From Octopus vulgaris (taxonomy: Eukaryota), in assembly GCA_951406725.2 (NCBI GenBank), contig OX597821.1, positions 36,952,001 through 37,016,000 on the forward strand: a stretch of DNA of 64,000 bases, written 5' to 3'. Shown one piece after another: positions 26,435-39,485 of this stretch. Position numbers and translations under genes: made by a program. The notes under the pieces were generated by a model. It was not told the origin of the DNA, searched no databases, and was given only the letters and a program-made list of their open reading frames with translations. Each line of letters opens with the position of its first letter. The stretch's first letter is position 1.

Positions 26435-27308
26435 GTTTAGATTCAAGGAGCTCTGATTATGATGAAGAAAATGATACAAGATAGTAACAATATGAACAAC
26501 ACCAAAACTATTAAGGTATGTATATACATGGATTGTATTGTGAGGGTATGATCAGTTGGGGTTTAATACTTGATTGATACATGGTTTGTTCTTTTTATTT
26601 TTGTTTTTCTCAGCTTTCTGTATAGAATGCCCTTAAACGGTTTGGCTCCCACATGTGTAGCAGCTTGGTCATCTGACAGGGATACTGAATGTTACAGAGT
26701 TCCTCTTTGCACCCTCTACAGGACTCTGGTATAGCCTTGTATTATTGCAGAAGTCATGAGAACATGTATGTCCATGATGATTCCACTAAATCATACATCA
26801 CAAAATGTTATGTCTACACTGATCACATCAACCAGATTATGAGAAGGTGTGTAATGTATTATTAAATAATTATAATCTAATTTAGGCACAAGACCTATAA
26901 ACCTGGAATGGAATATCTATCCCAGTTGTTCTCTGGTACTTCATTTTGCTGACCTGATCCTGGAGAAGTGGAAGACAAACTGAGGGATTTCAATTCAGAA
27001 CAGAAAGATCCAGAACAAATACTACAAGGCATTTTGACCAACAGTGTGATGATTCTGCCATGGTGCTTCCAGCCTCAATAATAATAATGATTTCAAATAT
27101 TTCCACATGGGCAGCAATTTTTTTGCGGGGTGGGGGTGGAATGAGGCAATTACATCGACCCCAGTGTTCAACTGCTAGTTATTTTATTGGCACTGAAAGA
27201 ATGAAAGGTAAAGTTGACTTGGTGGGATTTGAACTCAGATCGGAGCAACAGGCGAAATATTGCAAAGCATTTTGTCCAGCCTGCTAACAATTCTGCCGGT
27301 TCACCACC

Positions 27309-27370
<62 letters not shown>

Positions 27371-27373
<3 letters not shown>

Positions 27374-27686
27374 GGAGCACTAGGAATGATCAAGAAGGGA
27401 ACCGAAAATTATATGAGAATAATCCCTGGCTTACCATCCCTGCAAGAAGTGCAAAAGATTGTCTTAACTGGTACATCACACGTATTAAGAAGAGCATTGT
27501 TGATGTGAGAACTATTACTACCCATGTATTCTAATTTTACTTTATTTCTATAAAAAAAATTTTTTTAAACTAGTGAGTTAAGTTTAATGGCCTACCAATG
27601 TATACAATGAGTTTCTTTGCCCTAGGAGTCGGGAAGACACTCAGCAAGAAATGGAAGCAAATTTGAAAGAAGAAAAACCCATAAAC
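27371..27686 (+). mobile_element. Dong/R4-like non-LTR 3' fragment inserted in (AAT)n
   Basis: GALGMIKK...LQEVQKIVLTGTSHVLRRAL* resembles the C-terminus of REL-endonuclease LINEs; (AAT)n on both sides. Confidence 0.7.
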
Positions 27687-27735
<49 letters not shown>

Positions 27736-27793
27736 GTTGTGGTGGTTGTAAAACAATAACAATAAGTTCGTCTAAGTAAAATAACAAACTTAC

Positions 27794-27875
27794 CTGTTGC
27801 TATCACATCTCCTTTGAACTTCTTACACAGATTTCTGACAATGGCATAGCCAATCCCTTTGTTACTTCCTGTTAC
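27794..27875 (-). CDS. CBR1: CBR1-like exon 2 (VTGSNKGIGYAIVRNLCKKFKGDVIAT)
   Basis: CAG acceptor, GTAAGT donor; TGxxxGxG Rossmann cofactor motif of classical SDRs; 82 nt, ends phase 1. Confidence 0.95.
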
Positions 27876-27899
27876 CTGATGAGGAGGCAAATTGAAAAA

Positions 27900-29812
27900 T
27901 TATTAAATGTAAAAAATCATTGTGTTAAGTATACATTTTATTACTATTAAACACATCTTCAGAGATGGAAGCATAGTTACAATGCTTCCGTTCCCTGTAT
28001 CGTATCGACATGAGAAATTGTTGAAGAGGAAGAGGGGTAAATATAAATGATAGAGCTCCATATTATAAACATCATGTATTGTGCCCATTGTGGGCCAGAG
28101 AGAGAGAGAGAGAGAGAGAGTAGTTCTTTATTCTCCATAAGGTTGAGAAAAAGAGGGGACAATACGGGGACAGACAAAACAAACGTTGGGGTCAGGGTGT
28201 CGAATGAGACGAAACGTATGAATAAACAAACAATTAAAATATATACAATTAAATGAGAATGAGTGATTAACAAAAAAATGAAGCGGAGGACGCAGTTGAC
28301 CCCACAAACCACATACTCACACTGAAGACTTTGCTTTCTCCTTTTTTACATTCTCGTTTAAACAGGTTCTTTCACTCGCAACGTACTTGCTATATACTTC
28401 CATCTTTTACAAAACACACTTTGCGACAGGCATTTCTTCTCCAGCCTTATTTTCCGTTTCATGTAGAAAACGAAAAAATCGATTAGCTCGAGACTGGAGA
28501 TAAACATGCCTGTTGCAATTCCTTTCACTCTCGTCTTCCATACTACCTCTATCGCCCCAGCAACTACCGAGAGAAAACAGGCTCGCTCCTCCCTATTCAG
28601 GGAGATCGGCGGAACGATCTTAATTACAGATTCGCTCGACAGTTGTACTCTTCTCGAATGCGACAGCAGGTGTTCGACATAAGCCCAGAGTTCAGTCACC
28701 TTGGGGTATTGCACAATCGCGTGCAGGACAGTTTCACTGTCCCTCTCACATCTTGCACAAACCGACGAAGGTGCACACCTATGTCTAAAGAGCTTAAACC
28801 GGTAAAGCTCCTCTGTAACATTGCCAGGCCAGGGACTTTTGGTAATTATCCATAAGCCCTGGACTGAATGTTCTTTGGAAAAGTCTGGCCAGTTGATCTT
28901 CGTCAAAGCCTAGGGTTTCTCCTAGGACGTCGTCACACTTAAACTCTACTAACCCTATAGAAGAACGAGGTAGTACCCCTGCCACCGGTGTTGCCCGACG
29001 GGAGAGAGGCATGAGTGCCTGATGGCACTCTACATGCCACATGCCCAACCTCGGTCTACACTTGATCCATGGGTTCAGTTTGATAAACGATGTGAACTGT
29101 GGAAATAACAGCTTGACGAACGGAGACCACACCTGCTCACCGTCCAGGTAAAGCCAGAGGTGCCTAAGCCTGAGCGCATGTCTGCGCATTTTTATCCACG
29201 GCATCCCTAACCCACCATTCAGCGGCTTTTTGCAGCAAATAGAGTGCCTTACAAGAGGTCTGCTGCCCCTCCACAAAAAGCGAAAGAGCATGCGTTCCAG
29301 CTTGTTCAGCCACGAATCGGGGCGAGGCACGACGGTCAGGCGGTAAATGATTACAGAGGCGATAAACACCTCTGCAACCTCCGCCCTCCCTTTCAAGGAC
29401 AGCTTCCGCTCAGACCAAGTCTGAGTTAGGAGAGCCACCTTTCTCGCCACCTCGCTCCAATTCTTCTCTATCTGGAGATCTGGACCTAACCAGATTCCAA
29501 GCATTTTCACTGGCCCTTCCGTCCAACGTCCTACGACGTTGTCGGAAGACATCGACTTGCCCCTCCAGGTGCCGAGTAGCAAGCCGACCGATTTATCCCG
29601 GTTGACTTTCGCTCCTGCCACCGCTTCGTAATCCCTTAAGGCCTCACCCACCCACTGTAGGTGCTCGACTCGGGATACGATGATGGTGATGTCGTCTGCA
29701 TACGCCGAAGCTGACTTTCCGCACCCTAGATCTTGCGGAGTGCCCCTCATAGTTTCCAACCTCCTCAGCAACGGCTCGAGGGCCAAAACGTAGAGAAACT
29801 GGGATCGTAAAG
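27900..29812 (-). mobile_element. Tx1/L1-clade LINE, 5'-truncated, in CBR intron 1
   Basis: ORFs 28794-29819 and 28358-28906 carry LALEPLL, SAYADD, GGLGMP and a C-terminal CxxC..ETVLH zinc-binding motif; one frameshift. Confidence 0.9.
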
Positions 29813-30104
29813 AGTGCAATAAAGTTTAAAAACTATGCCCTCACTAACAAAAAGTGAAATAGAAATGCCTTATAGCATGTAAACAAAATGGATGCACGTA
29901 AACAAAAGAGTGAAGGACGAGAGAGGCTGAAAAAGTTAAAGGGTGCAAGACGTTCTTTATTATATAGATCCATTCACGAGCGTTTAAAAGTCGTATTCTA
30001 GATTATGCGTGTACATAAACAACGTCAAGTTCATTTTAGCTATCCCTTAATCTTTTATTTGTTTTAATCATTATACAGTGAGGCATTTTCTTGAAGGTTT
30101 AGTC

Positions 30105-30436
30105 CAGTGGTTTTCAACTGGAGTCTATATGGCCCCTGAAGTTCCATATAAGATTTTTGAAGATTCACACAACAAAACAGTAAATTGGGATCCACGATAA
30201 TATTTTAAGCTCACCAGAAAAATTTTACTTTCGATGTATGCATATGTATATATATTGCAAGAAACGGCTAGGTTTCTTTCTCTAGCATTTTACATAGTTC
30301 AACCTAAACAAGTTAATGTATGAAACAACAAAAGAAGAATTATTGAAAGAAGTTTCTATAAAACAAATTTTAAACATCGAATGGCTAAAGTAATCACAGG
30401 GGTCTATAGATAAAAAAAAATGGTTGAGAACTCCTA
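30105..30436. mobile_element. hAT MITE nested in a SINE fragment
   Basis: CAGTGGTTTTCAAC...GTTGAGAACTCCTA termini; 8-bp TSD GTTTAGTC. Confidence 0.85.
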
Positions 30437-31292
30437 GTTTAGTCGAACAGATCAACTCCTGTACATATTTTAAAGCCCGGCGCTTATTCTATCGGTCTCA
30501 TTGACCAAACTGCTAAGTTGAAGAGAATTTTTTTTTTTGTATCAGTCAATTGACAGCAGCCATGCTGGAGCACCGCCTTTAGTCTATCAAATCGACCCCG
30601 GGACTTATTCTTTGTAAGCCCAGTACTTATTCTATCGGTCTCTTTTGCCGAACCACTAAGTGACGAGGACATAAACACACCAGCATCGGTTATCAAGCAA
30701 TGCTAGGGGGACAAACACAGACGCACAAACATACACACACACACACACACACACATATATACATATATACGACGGGCTTCTTTTCAGTTTCCATCTACCA
30801 AATCCACTCACAAGGCTTTGGTCGGCCCGAGGCTATAATAGAAAACACTTGCCCAAAGTTCCTCGCTGTGGGAATGAACCTGGAACCATGAGGTTGGTAA
30901 GCAAGCAACTTACCACACAGCCACTCCTGTCAAGTGGTAGTTAGGACAAATACAATACACATACATACAACGGGTTTCCACATAATTTATTTCTACCCAA
31001 TTCATTCACAAGACACGGGTCGGCATGATGCAACAGTAGAAGACACTTTCTCAGGGTGCCTCGCAGTGGGATTGAACCCAGAACAATGTGGCTACAAAGC
31101 GAGCTTCTTAACCACGCAATCATGCAGCCATAGCTGTGCCTTCTGAGAGTTCTTGGAATAAATTTTTATGCATGTTTCCTTGTTCATATTTTTAAAAAAA
31201 TACATCAATTCTATTTAAATGAATAAATATGTGTATGAATTGAAGAAGCTTATTGTTGTGCTTATGAGAAATAACGTTATCAGGTCACTTAC

Positions 31293-31310
31293 CACTGCTA
31301 CTTGTACCAT
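31293..31310 (-). CDS. CBR1: Carbonyl reductase (NADPH) CBR1-like, coding exon 1 (MVQVAV)
   Basis: ATG GTA CAA GTA GCA GTG followed by a GTAAGT donor; joins in phase 0 to VTGSNKGIG, giving the typical CBR N-terminus VAVVTGSNKGIG. Confidence 0.85.
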
Positions 31311-31559
31311 TCTTAACGCTTCGAGTAGTGTTCTATTTGTGAACTTTATTCTAATTTATTGAAGTTATATATATATGTACATGTCAAAATTTGTTGACTG
31401 TGGTATTTGTGTAGGTGGGTGAGAAGACCTAGATATAGTATTGCTGGGAAGTGACCTGCTTCTCGAGTAGTAATACATTTCCCGCCATTATTATCTCATT
31501 CTCTCTTTCTCTCGTTCTTTCTTTCTTTCTCGTCATACAACAGCAGTCTGTAACACTAA

Positions 31560-33445
31560 ATACGCTAATACCCAGATGAAATACACTGATGAGGTTGGGG
31601 GTGTGGGTATATTTCTTACGGAGAAATGGGTTAATAAGGTAATCTAGGTTGTCAGAGTCTGTGATAGTAGTGCTGAAACATGAATTAGCAACCATTAGCT
31701 TGGGTTATGCCCCTCAACCAGGGCTACTTGATGAACAGAAGACCGATTTTATGACACCATCTAGCAGACAACTCGTCGACGAATGACAGGGACCTTCTCT
31801 TTGTAGATAGCAACTTCAACGGGCATGTTGATGGCTACAAACTTGGCTCCCGCAATGAGGAGGTAACCAGGCTGCTGGAGTTCTGTGATGCAAATGATCT
31901 TATGATCTGTAATACTAACTTCAAGAAACCTGCCAGTCAACTATCAGTCTGATGGACACACTAATCAGATTGACAACATTCTTGCTAGGAAATGGGAAAG
32001 ATAGCTACTTATAAATGCCAAAACCTTCCCAGTCGAAGAATGCAGCCCACAACATAGGTTACTAGTTAGCGACTTTAGGATCAGCACTAAATGAATACCC
32101 AGAAGACGACCAGCATGGAAAAGAAGGTTCTGGGGGCATATGGATCCTCAGAATGGACAGAGATTTAGAGACGTATTACTTGAAGATTTTGACGAAAAAG
32201 AGGATAATGTGAAGGACAACTGAAGTTTCCTATGGGAAAACCAGTTCAAGGGTACTGACCAGATCTGTGGATGGTGCAAAGTCCCTTCTCGACCCAAGGT
32301 AATGTGGTGGTGGAACAATGTAGTTGACAGGGTCATTAGGGAAAAGAAACAGGCATGGAAGAATAGTAGTAGAAGGGAACCGTATCACATCGCCAAAAGG
32401 GAAGCTAGGAGGCAGGTTTACTTAGCCAGAGGGGAAGCAGATGAGAAAAAATTTGCCAATGATCTGTGTCGTAAGGACCAAAGACTTGAAGTGTTTCATT
32501 TTGCAAGACAATGTGTGAGAGAGACTTGGAGACACCATTACGAAAGGTTGCTAAATGAAGAGAATGAACAGGAGAAAGAGAGCCTGCCAAATGTCGACCC
32601 AACAGAGGGACCAGCTATTCAAATCAGTAGTGTCTTGATAGATAAAGCAATTAAAGGTATGAAGGCAGGGAGAGCCCCCGGTCCATCAGGAATCACTGCT
32701 GAGATACTTAAAATATCTGACGGTGTAGGCTCTAGTCTAATCACCCGTATAGTCAATCAGGTGATACACGAAAGTGTCATACCTAATGACTGATGCAGCA
32801 GCACCATAGCCAACTGCTAGAAAGGTAAAGATGAGGCATTAGATAGAAATAATTAGAGGTATCAAATTGATGGATCGGGTGATGAAAGTCACGGAGAGGG
32901 TCATAGCCCAACCAACTAGGGAGAAAGTTAGTTTAGGCGAGATGCAGTTTGGGGTTTGTGCCAGGCAGAAGCACCACTGATGTTATATTTCTGGTAAGAC
33001 AGCTGCAGGAGAAATTCCTAGCCAAAGATAAACCTCTGTACTTGGCTTTCACTGACATGGAGTCCTTTCGACAGGGTCCCCCGATCCCTTATCTGGTGGT
33101 CAATGCGGAAACTAGAGAAATATGAGTGGTTAGTGAAAGCTGTACAAGCCATGTACAAAGGGTGTCGCGAAAGGCATGACTGCAGGTCCAGCCTTCCGGT
33201 TGGCAACGAGTATAGCGAAGAATTCCGGGTAGAAGTAGGGGTCCACAAAGGATAAGTCCTCAACCTCCTCTTATTCATCATAGTCCTCCAAGCAATAATA
33301 GAGAAATTTAAGACAGGCTTCCTCCAGGAGCTCCTCTATGTTGATGACCTTGCTCTAAGGAAGTCAGACAAATCACAAATCCTTTTAGGTAGATGGCCCT
33401 GCTCAATCTGCAGAAAAGGCATAGGTAGAAACTCCATAAGATGTA
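31560..33445 (+). mobile_element. Degenerate RTE LINE (endonuclease end plus RT)
   Basis: Direct homology to the 5998-7500 copy; many stops and deletions. Confidence 0.9.
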
Positions 33446-33486
33446 TATTTTCCAATGAGTTCGTTTTTGTTTAACAGGTAAGGATT

Positions 33487-34057
33487 GTTTTAAAGAAATT
33501 TGACTGCTATTTCCTATTTCTAGGTCATGTGACCACTTAGATGTTCCATCGTTGGTTCGATATTGATCGAATTAGATTTTAGAAGTTAATATTTACAAAT
33601 AAATTAAGAAATATAAATAGTTTCTTTTTATTTTTTGTATTAAAATCTTCAGAACTATACAAACTGGGGCAGTCATGGTGAACCATTAAATCCGGCGTGT
33701 CGAATTTTCTGGGTTTTTTTTAAATAACCCTCTTATTAGTGTGCTTTACATTGAAGCAAATGCAAATAGATAAACGGGCTGCTTAAATACAGCTTGAAAT
33801 TTCAAAACATGTTTCTGAATCTAAGGTGAAACTAAATATTAGTTACCTAGATTTTTTGCAAACAACTTACAAAAGCAATCGTTACCAGTTGAAAGCTCCA
33901 CGTACAGCAGCACATTATGTTATGATTAACTTGTTCAAACCCTGTGAGACAGTGTAATACTCAACACGGAAAAGAAAAACACTGCTTACAGTTTTATTTG
34001 CACATAGGGTCAGTATACGACGAGGTGCTAAAAAGTTCCTGGCTTTAAAGGTGTCGC
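33487..34057 (+). repeat. Segmental duplication; partner at 1-571
   Basis: Same alignment; homology ends inside the mariner MITE. Confidence 0.95.
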
Positions 34058-34242
34058 GAAAGGCGTGATTGCAGGTCCAGTCTTCTGAGTTCTTTTACAG
34101 GGCTTTGAAAAATCACACACTTATTGCTACTGCAATAAGTGTGTAATTGTGAGAGGGGAATCTGCTGAATAAAAGCATAATTAACTGATCCTCCTGTATT
34201 TTCTTTTACCCAAAGCTAGGAACTTTTCAGCACCACCTCGTA
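34016..34242. mobile_element. Tc1/mariner-type MITE; inverted copy at ~49305-49520, truncated copy at 530-571
   Basis: ~30-bp TIRs TACGA.G.GGTGCT.AAAAGTTCCT.GCTTT / AAAGCTAGGAACTTTTCAGCACCACCTCGTA; TA flanks. Confidence 0.85.
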
Positions 34243-34250
34243 CAAGGCTA

Positions 34251-36812
34251 TAGTAGTAGTCAGTAGTCTAGTGGTACAAGAAGAATACGAAGCCCGCGCA
34301 CTCTTAGATGTGTGTCTGTTAGGAAAAGCTACTTGCCAGAAAGCGAAAGGCGTACAGCCCGTGGAAGTGAAAAATACTGACCGCTGATGTTCTCTGGAGT
34401 TTCCTATTTATATCTGTGGAAAGAAGCTGAATGCATGTCCGAGAACAAAGGAATGTAACTTATCTTTCCTACAGTAACCTCCAGTTGACTGTAGAATGCT
34501 AACTCAAACAAAGTGTAGTGTGATGGAGAAAAAGAACAACAGAAAAAGAAGCAACGGGAGAAAGAAATACAAGAGGCCTTACCTCGGCGAAATCAGCGGT
34601 CACTCTCACGAAGTCAACACATCTTGTCGTTCTGCCCTCTTTGCTGGAACTGACCACACGCGCTTGCTGACCATACTTCCTCCCTGCCCACGCATGCCCC
34701 TTTCACTCTTCCGCCCATCTCATCTGTCATCCTCTCCACCAACACCACATAGCTCATCACAGCCCATAACACCGCTAACACCAAACGCCCCACCCCGATC
34801 TACAGATCACTCAACCAGCTTTCCCACTCACTCCTTGCTCCCGAACTCACACCTTAACTGGTTTCATAATCAGCAAACCAGGGAGGAGGGTGCCGCCCCC
34901 TCTGTTGTCGCAGTGCGACCCTAGGACTGGCCTGAGTTTCTGGCATGTTGCTGCTGGCTTCATCATCTTGTCTACTGATGTTGTCTTCATCATCTTGTCT
35001 ACTGTTGTTGTCTTCATCATCTTGCCCACTGCTGCTGGTTGCATCCCCTGAGGCATGGACAATCTTCCGTACATCCAAAACGTGGCGCGGCATACCATCG
35101 ACAGAGATGTTGTTCTTCGAATTGATGGAGGTTATTGTTCCCTTTCCCTATCGTGATGTACACCGTGAATTTAGGGGTTTTACCCAAATTTCTTCCCCGA
35201 CCTGCACGAAGGCATGCTCTTCCTCTGCCCCGGGTCGCATTGATGCAGTACACGGATGCCTCCACTCGTACCTGAATATTGCCCTATGTGGCACCGACTC
35301 CTCAGCTTGTCCTGACCTGGGTGACATATTGTACCAAAATACGGCCTCGATTGGTGAAATGTGGCCCCTCTCCGCCATGGTCTTGATGGTACGATGATAC
35401 CTTTCCACCACCCTATTTCCACTTGGCCAGTATGCCGCCCTGAAGAAGCGGGTGACCTTCCACCCATCAAGCATTTCTTTCAGCACCTCCGAGCGAAATG
35501 CAGTGCCATTATCCAGAAGCAGTTCATCCACGTGGCCTCATTCCAGGAATATCTCATTCAATACTTTCACAATTTCTTCTGCGGTCCGTCTTCATCTCCC
35601 TCCATATGGCCAACCGCCCCGGTCCGCAGTCAACCATTGAGAGGTATGTCCCCAGCCGGTAGTGTGTTATGTTCACTGCCAGTCATGGTCCACTGGAATA
35701 CTTCCCACCTCATATATGCCCGGAGCAGGGTCGATGGACTGGCACCTGTCACAGCTACTAACCACTCTCTGCACGCTCCGTCTTGTTACATCGGAGTCAA
35801 CTTTCCTGGATAGGAACAACGTCCTGTCCACCCCCATGTGATGCATGGTATACAATCTCCTCAACTCCGAGTCACTCAGACGGCATACTGCATCCATAGC
35901 CTGCTCCGCATCCTCTGGCACCTGCAACCAGGCTTGCTTTACTCTGGTCAGAACGTCTGCCCTGTTCTTCTCGGAAGGCACAAAGATCACGCTCAGCTTC
36001 AGATTGAACTCAGTGGTTAGTTCACGCAGTATCCCCAATCAATGCTTTACCAGCATCTCTGCGGCCCCTTTGGTTCGCACCCTCCACTCATTGGTGATGA
36101 CTGCTGTCACCCAACCAAGTACAGTGGCCGAATCAGTACTGATTTCTATGGCGTGCAACCCCCACTTCAAGGCTAGGTTCACTCCCTTCAACACGGCATC
36201 CAACTCCACCACATTGATATGATTGCAGCCATCTATCTTCCTGAGCCAGGCTGCATCTTCCACCATGATACCTCCCACTTCTAAGACAACGCCTATTGCG
36301 ATGCTACTGGCGTCACACCATACAATCCCGCTCTTTGATTTGGGAACATACCAACTGCCCTTCACTTGATCCTCTGCTCTTACTCTGACCAAGACTTCCT
36401 GTATCATGTCAGTCGTCTTCTCCCCCACTCTATCATTCCACTTCACTCCTTCGGCTTGTCTCTTGATGAAGCTACATGCTGTCCGGAGCCAACCTGCAAT
36501 CGGGTAGCGTCCCACCAGCTTCCCACACACCGTGAACAGTTCCCGTCTATTCATGCTGGCGCCCAGTTCGGGGATCTCATTCCCTCGCCGGAACACCAAT
36601 GCGCCGACCTTGTCTCTCCATAGCTTGAGGCCCCGTGCAGCACCTCCCTCCATTGCCTCTGGTGGCTGGCGATCAGTCCAAAACTCTTCAGGTGGCCGAT
36701 GAACTCCGTTGCTGGCATTATGGTTTCATTCACCAGGTTGTCATCAATGTACGAATTGGTGGCCTTTTTTAATCTGTCCACCTTTCCCAGGATGGCCTTG
36801 AGAATTGTTGCC
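34251..36812 (-). mobile_element. Gypsy-type LTR retrotransposon remnant (RT end, RNase H, integrase, probable 3' LTR at ~34251-34619)
   Basis: YIDD RT motif, WCDAS..E..AV..TDS RNase H, HHCC (HMG...CDRCQ) and DNGTAF...NRVVERYHRTIK integrase; few stops and frameshifts. Confidence 0.9.
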
Positions 36813-36898
36813 ATAATCATAACAAAAATATGTAAATACCTTTTGTAGCCTAGATGTGAACAAATGAATGAAAAATAACAAGAACTCCAGATATTCAA

Positions 36899-36958
<60 letters not shown>

Positions 36959-37691
36959 GCATATATATACATACATATATATATATATAATTTCCTTTTT
37001 CAGAATGAGATAAAAAAAAACAAGGCTGTGAAGATTTTAGAACATTTATAAATAGAAGGTCTTACAGCTGTTTCCAGGATATTTATTATATCCCTTCATC
37101 GGAGACAGTGTGAGAAAATAGTTAAATAATAGTTAATTTAGATAAGATACAAAATAGAGAGTGAAGTGGAGGAATGAAAGATGTAAGATATGCAGGGATA
37201 AGCATATTCTTCTACTACTAAGCACTGACCTGTCCAACCACCTAATCTATATTCCTAATTTCTTTATTCCTTCCTACTACCCCATCACTTAGACTATCAC
37301 TAAATAACTGACACTCCTTTACTCTGTGTGTGCGTTTGAGTAAAATATATTTATATATTTGAGTGAGTGTATGTGTTTGTTTATTTAGAAAGATACATAG
37401 AAAATAGAATTACAGACACACGTGCATTTACATACACACATATAAAACAGACACACTTAATAAAGGAGGCGGGCTGTGACAGTATAGAAAACCGCATTTG
37501 CTACAGACTGTGCTACTCATACATATAAATGTATACATATGCGCGCGTGCGCGTGCGCACACACATACACACACGCACACATACTCACACACTCATAGCT
37601 GAAGCAGTGTTTGATTTTTTTCACCTTTCTGTACCCATTTTTATATATAAAATACTACAATTAGCTATCATTTTTGATGGTACGGGACCAG

Positions 37692-37768
<77 letters not shown>

Positions 37769-38192
37769 TTAGTAACAGAAAGAAGGAATTTCGACTATCT
37801 CCACTTGGTGAGTTGTAATGTATATAAGAAATTAAAAAAGGAAAATACGCACACTTTACGTAGTTTTAATATAATTTTTAATATATCGACCGGTTTCGCT
37901 CTCGCTATTCATATTATGCTTTACTTATTTGAATATGTATTTTTTCTTAAGAAATTTTGGCCATGGTGTGTGTGACAATATTTACGAGTGAATGACTTCA
38001 CAAGTAGAAAACTAAGGGAAGGTAATTGGTTATTGTTGTGGGTAAGGGAGATAACTGTTCAGCTTTCGGTAATAGGAGGGGAATATATATATATGTACAG
38101 ACAAAAACAGGTTTTGAAAAACTTGTTTAGTGAGGGGATTTATGTACAGTGATGCAATCGTGAATTGAAATATGTAAAAAGATAAAAGTTGG

Positions 38193-38755
38193 TTATGCGT
38201 GCATATTAAGACGTGTTCTGTATTTTTCAATGAAAAAAGTTACTTTATTTAAACGTTCTTGTGGAGATATTGTGTCTTTGCACTGGTAGAAGGGGAAGAC
38301 TGCGAAATTTGCTTTGATGTTATCTGCACATTTTTCTATATGTTCACTGAGAGAAATTTGCCTGTATTGCGGGAAACGGATTTGCTCTTTATGTAGAGTG
38401 GTTCTCTTTCTTAAGGTTATACTCGTCTGTCCAATATAGTTGTGTCCGCAACCTGAGCAGGTTATTACATAAATTAGGTTCTCAGAGGCACAAGTGAAAC
38501 TAGTTTTAATTGTAAACCTCTGTCTTTGTTTGAAAAGGAAATCCGAGCCTTCAAGTATGTTTGGACACAACTATATTGTGGACACTATGTTGCGAATACA
38601 ACTATATTGGACAGATGAGTATGATCTTGAGAAAGAGAACTACTCTACATAAAGAGAAAATCCGTTTCCCGCAATTCAGGCAAATTCCTCTCAGTGAACA
38701 TTGTGCAGATAACATCAAACCAAATTTCACAGTCTTCCCCTTCTACCAGTGCAAA
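38193..38755. mobile_element. Penelope-like GIY-YIG fragment (-) with an inverted partial duplicate (+)
   Basis: 38193-38570(-): CASENLIYVITCSGCGHNYIGQT; 38561-38755(+): YNYIGQMSMILRKRTTLHKE, the same segment inverted. Confidence 0.9.
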
Positions 38756-38907
38756 TTATTCTGCTTAGCAAAGGCATCTAGCAAATGTAACTGCTGTCAC
38801 TCACAGAAAAACTATTGTTTTACCATGAGAAAAGTGCTGCTGAACTGTTAAGTGAAATTTGGCTATCAAGGATTGAACCCAGGCTTGGCCTGCATGAATC
38901 CACTACA
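38756..38907 (-). mobile_element. Inverted partial copy of the 5' part of the same LTR
   Basis: Reverse complement aligns to 39486-39637 and 42406-42557. Confidence 0.85.
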
Positions 38908-39485
38908 ACTCCTACCCTGTACTAAAACATGTGATATGGAATTAAAGATATGCCAAATTTTCCAGTTTTTGTTTTATTCTGCAAATATAATTCTCCAGAA
39001 TTTTCAAGTAGCATGTCTGCTGTGTTTAAAATAAAACATCTATATACATACATTTGATTACTGGAATGTGCAGATGAGCTTCTCCATGTGCACAACTTGG
39101 ATTATAACCCCATTTATATGCTACATTGTGTGTGTGAGAGAGAGGGAGAGAGAGAGAGAGAGTGAGAGAGAGAGAGAGAACAAATACACAACTTGGGGCT
39201 TCATTCTTAGTTTCCATTTACCAAAACTACTCACAAGCATTTGGCTGGTCCAGCTAGAGCTATAGCTGAATACACTTGCTTCTAAGGTGCCATACAGTCA
39301 CAGTGAACCCAAAATCACATCATTGGGGAGTGAACTTATTAAACCCACAACCATGTTTTGATGTTTGTTTGATTTGTGTGTTTGTATCTGTCACTTTACT
39401 TATAATTCAAATTTTTTTTTCTTTCTCTGCGCTTCTTCAACACCTAAATTATTGGTTTTAAGCTTTTCTCCCAGCAAAGTTGAAG

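Noticed and set aside
34496-35813. Plus-strand ORFs of 140-150 aa
   Set aside because: Antisense shadows of the GC-richer Gypsy pol and 3' region
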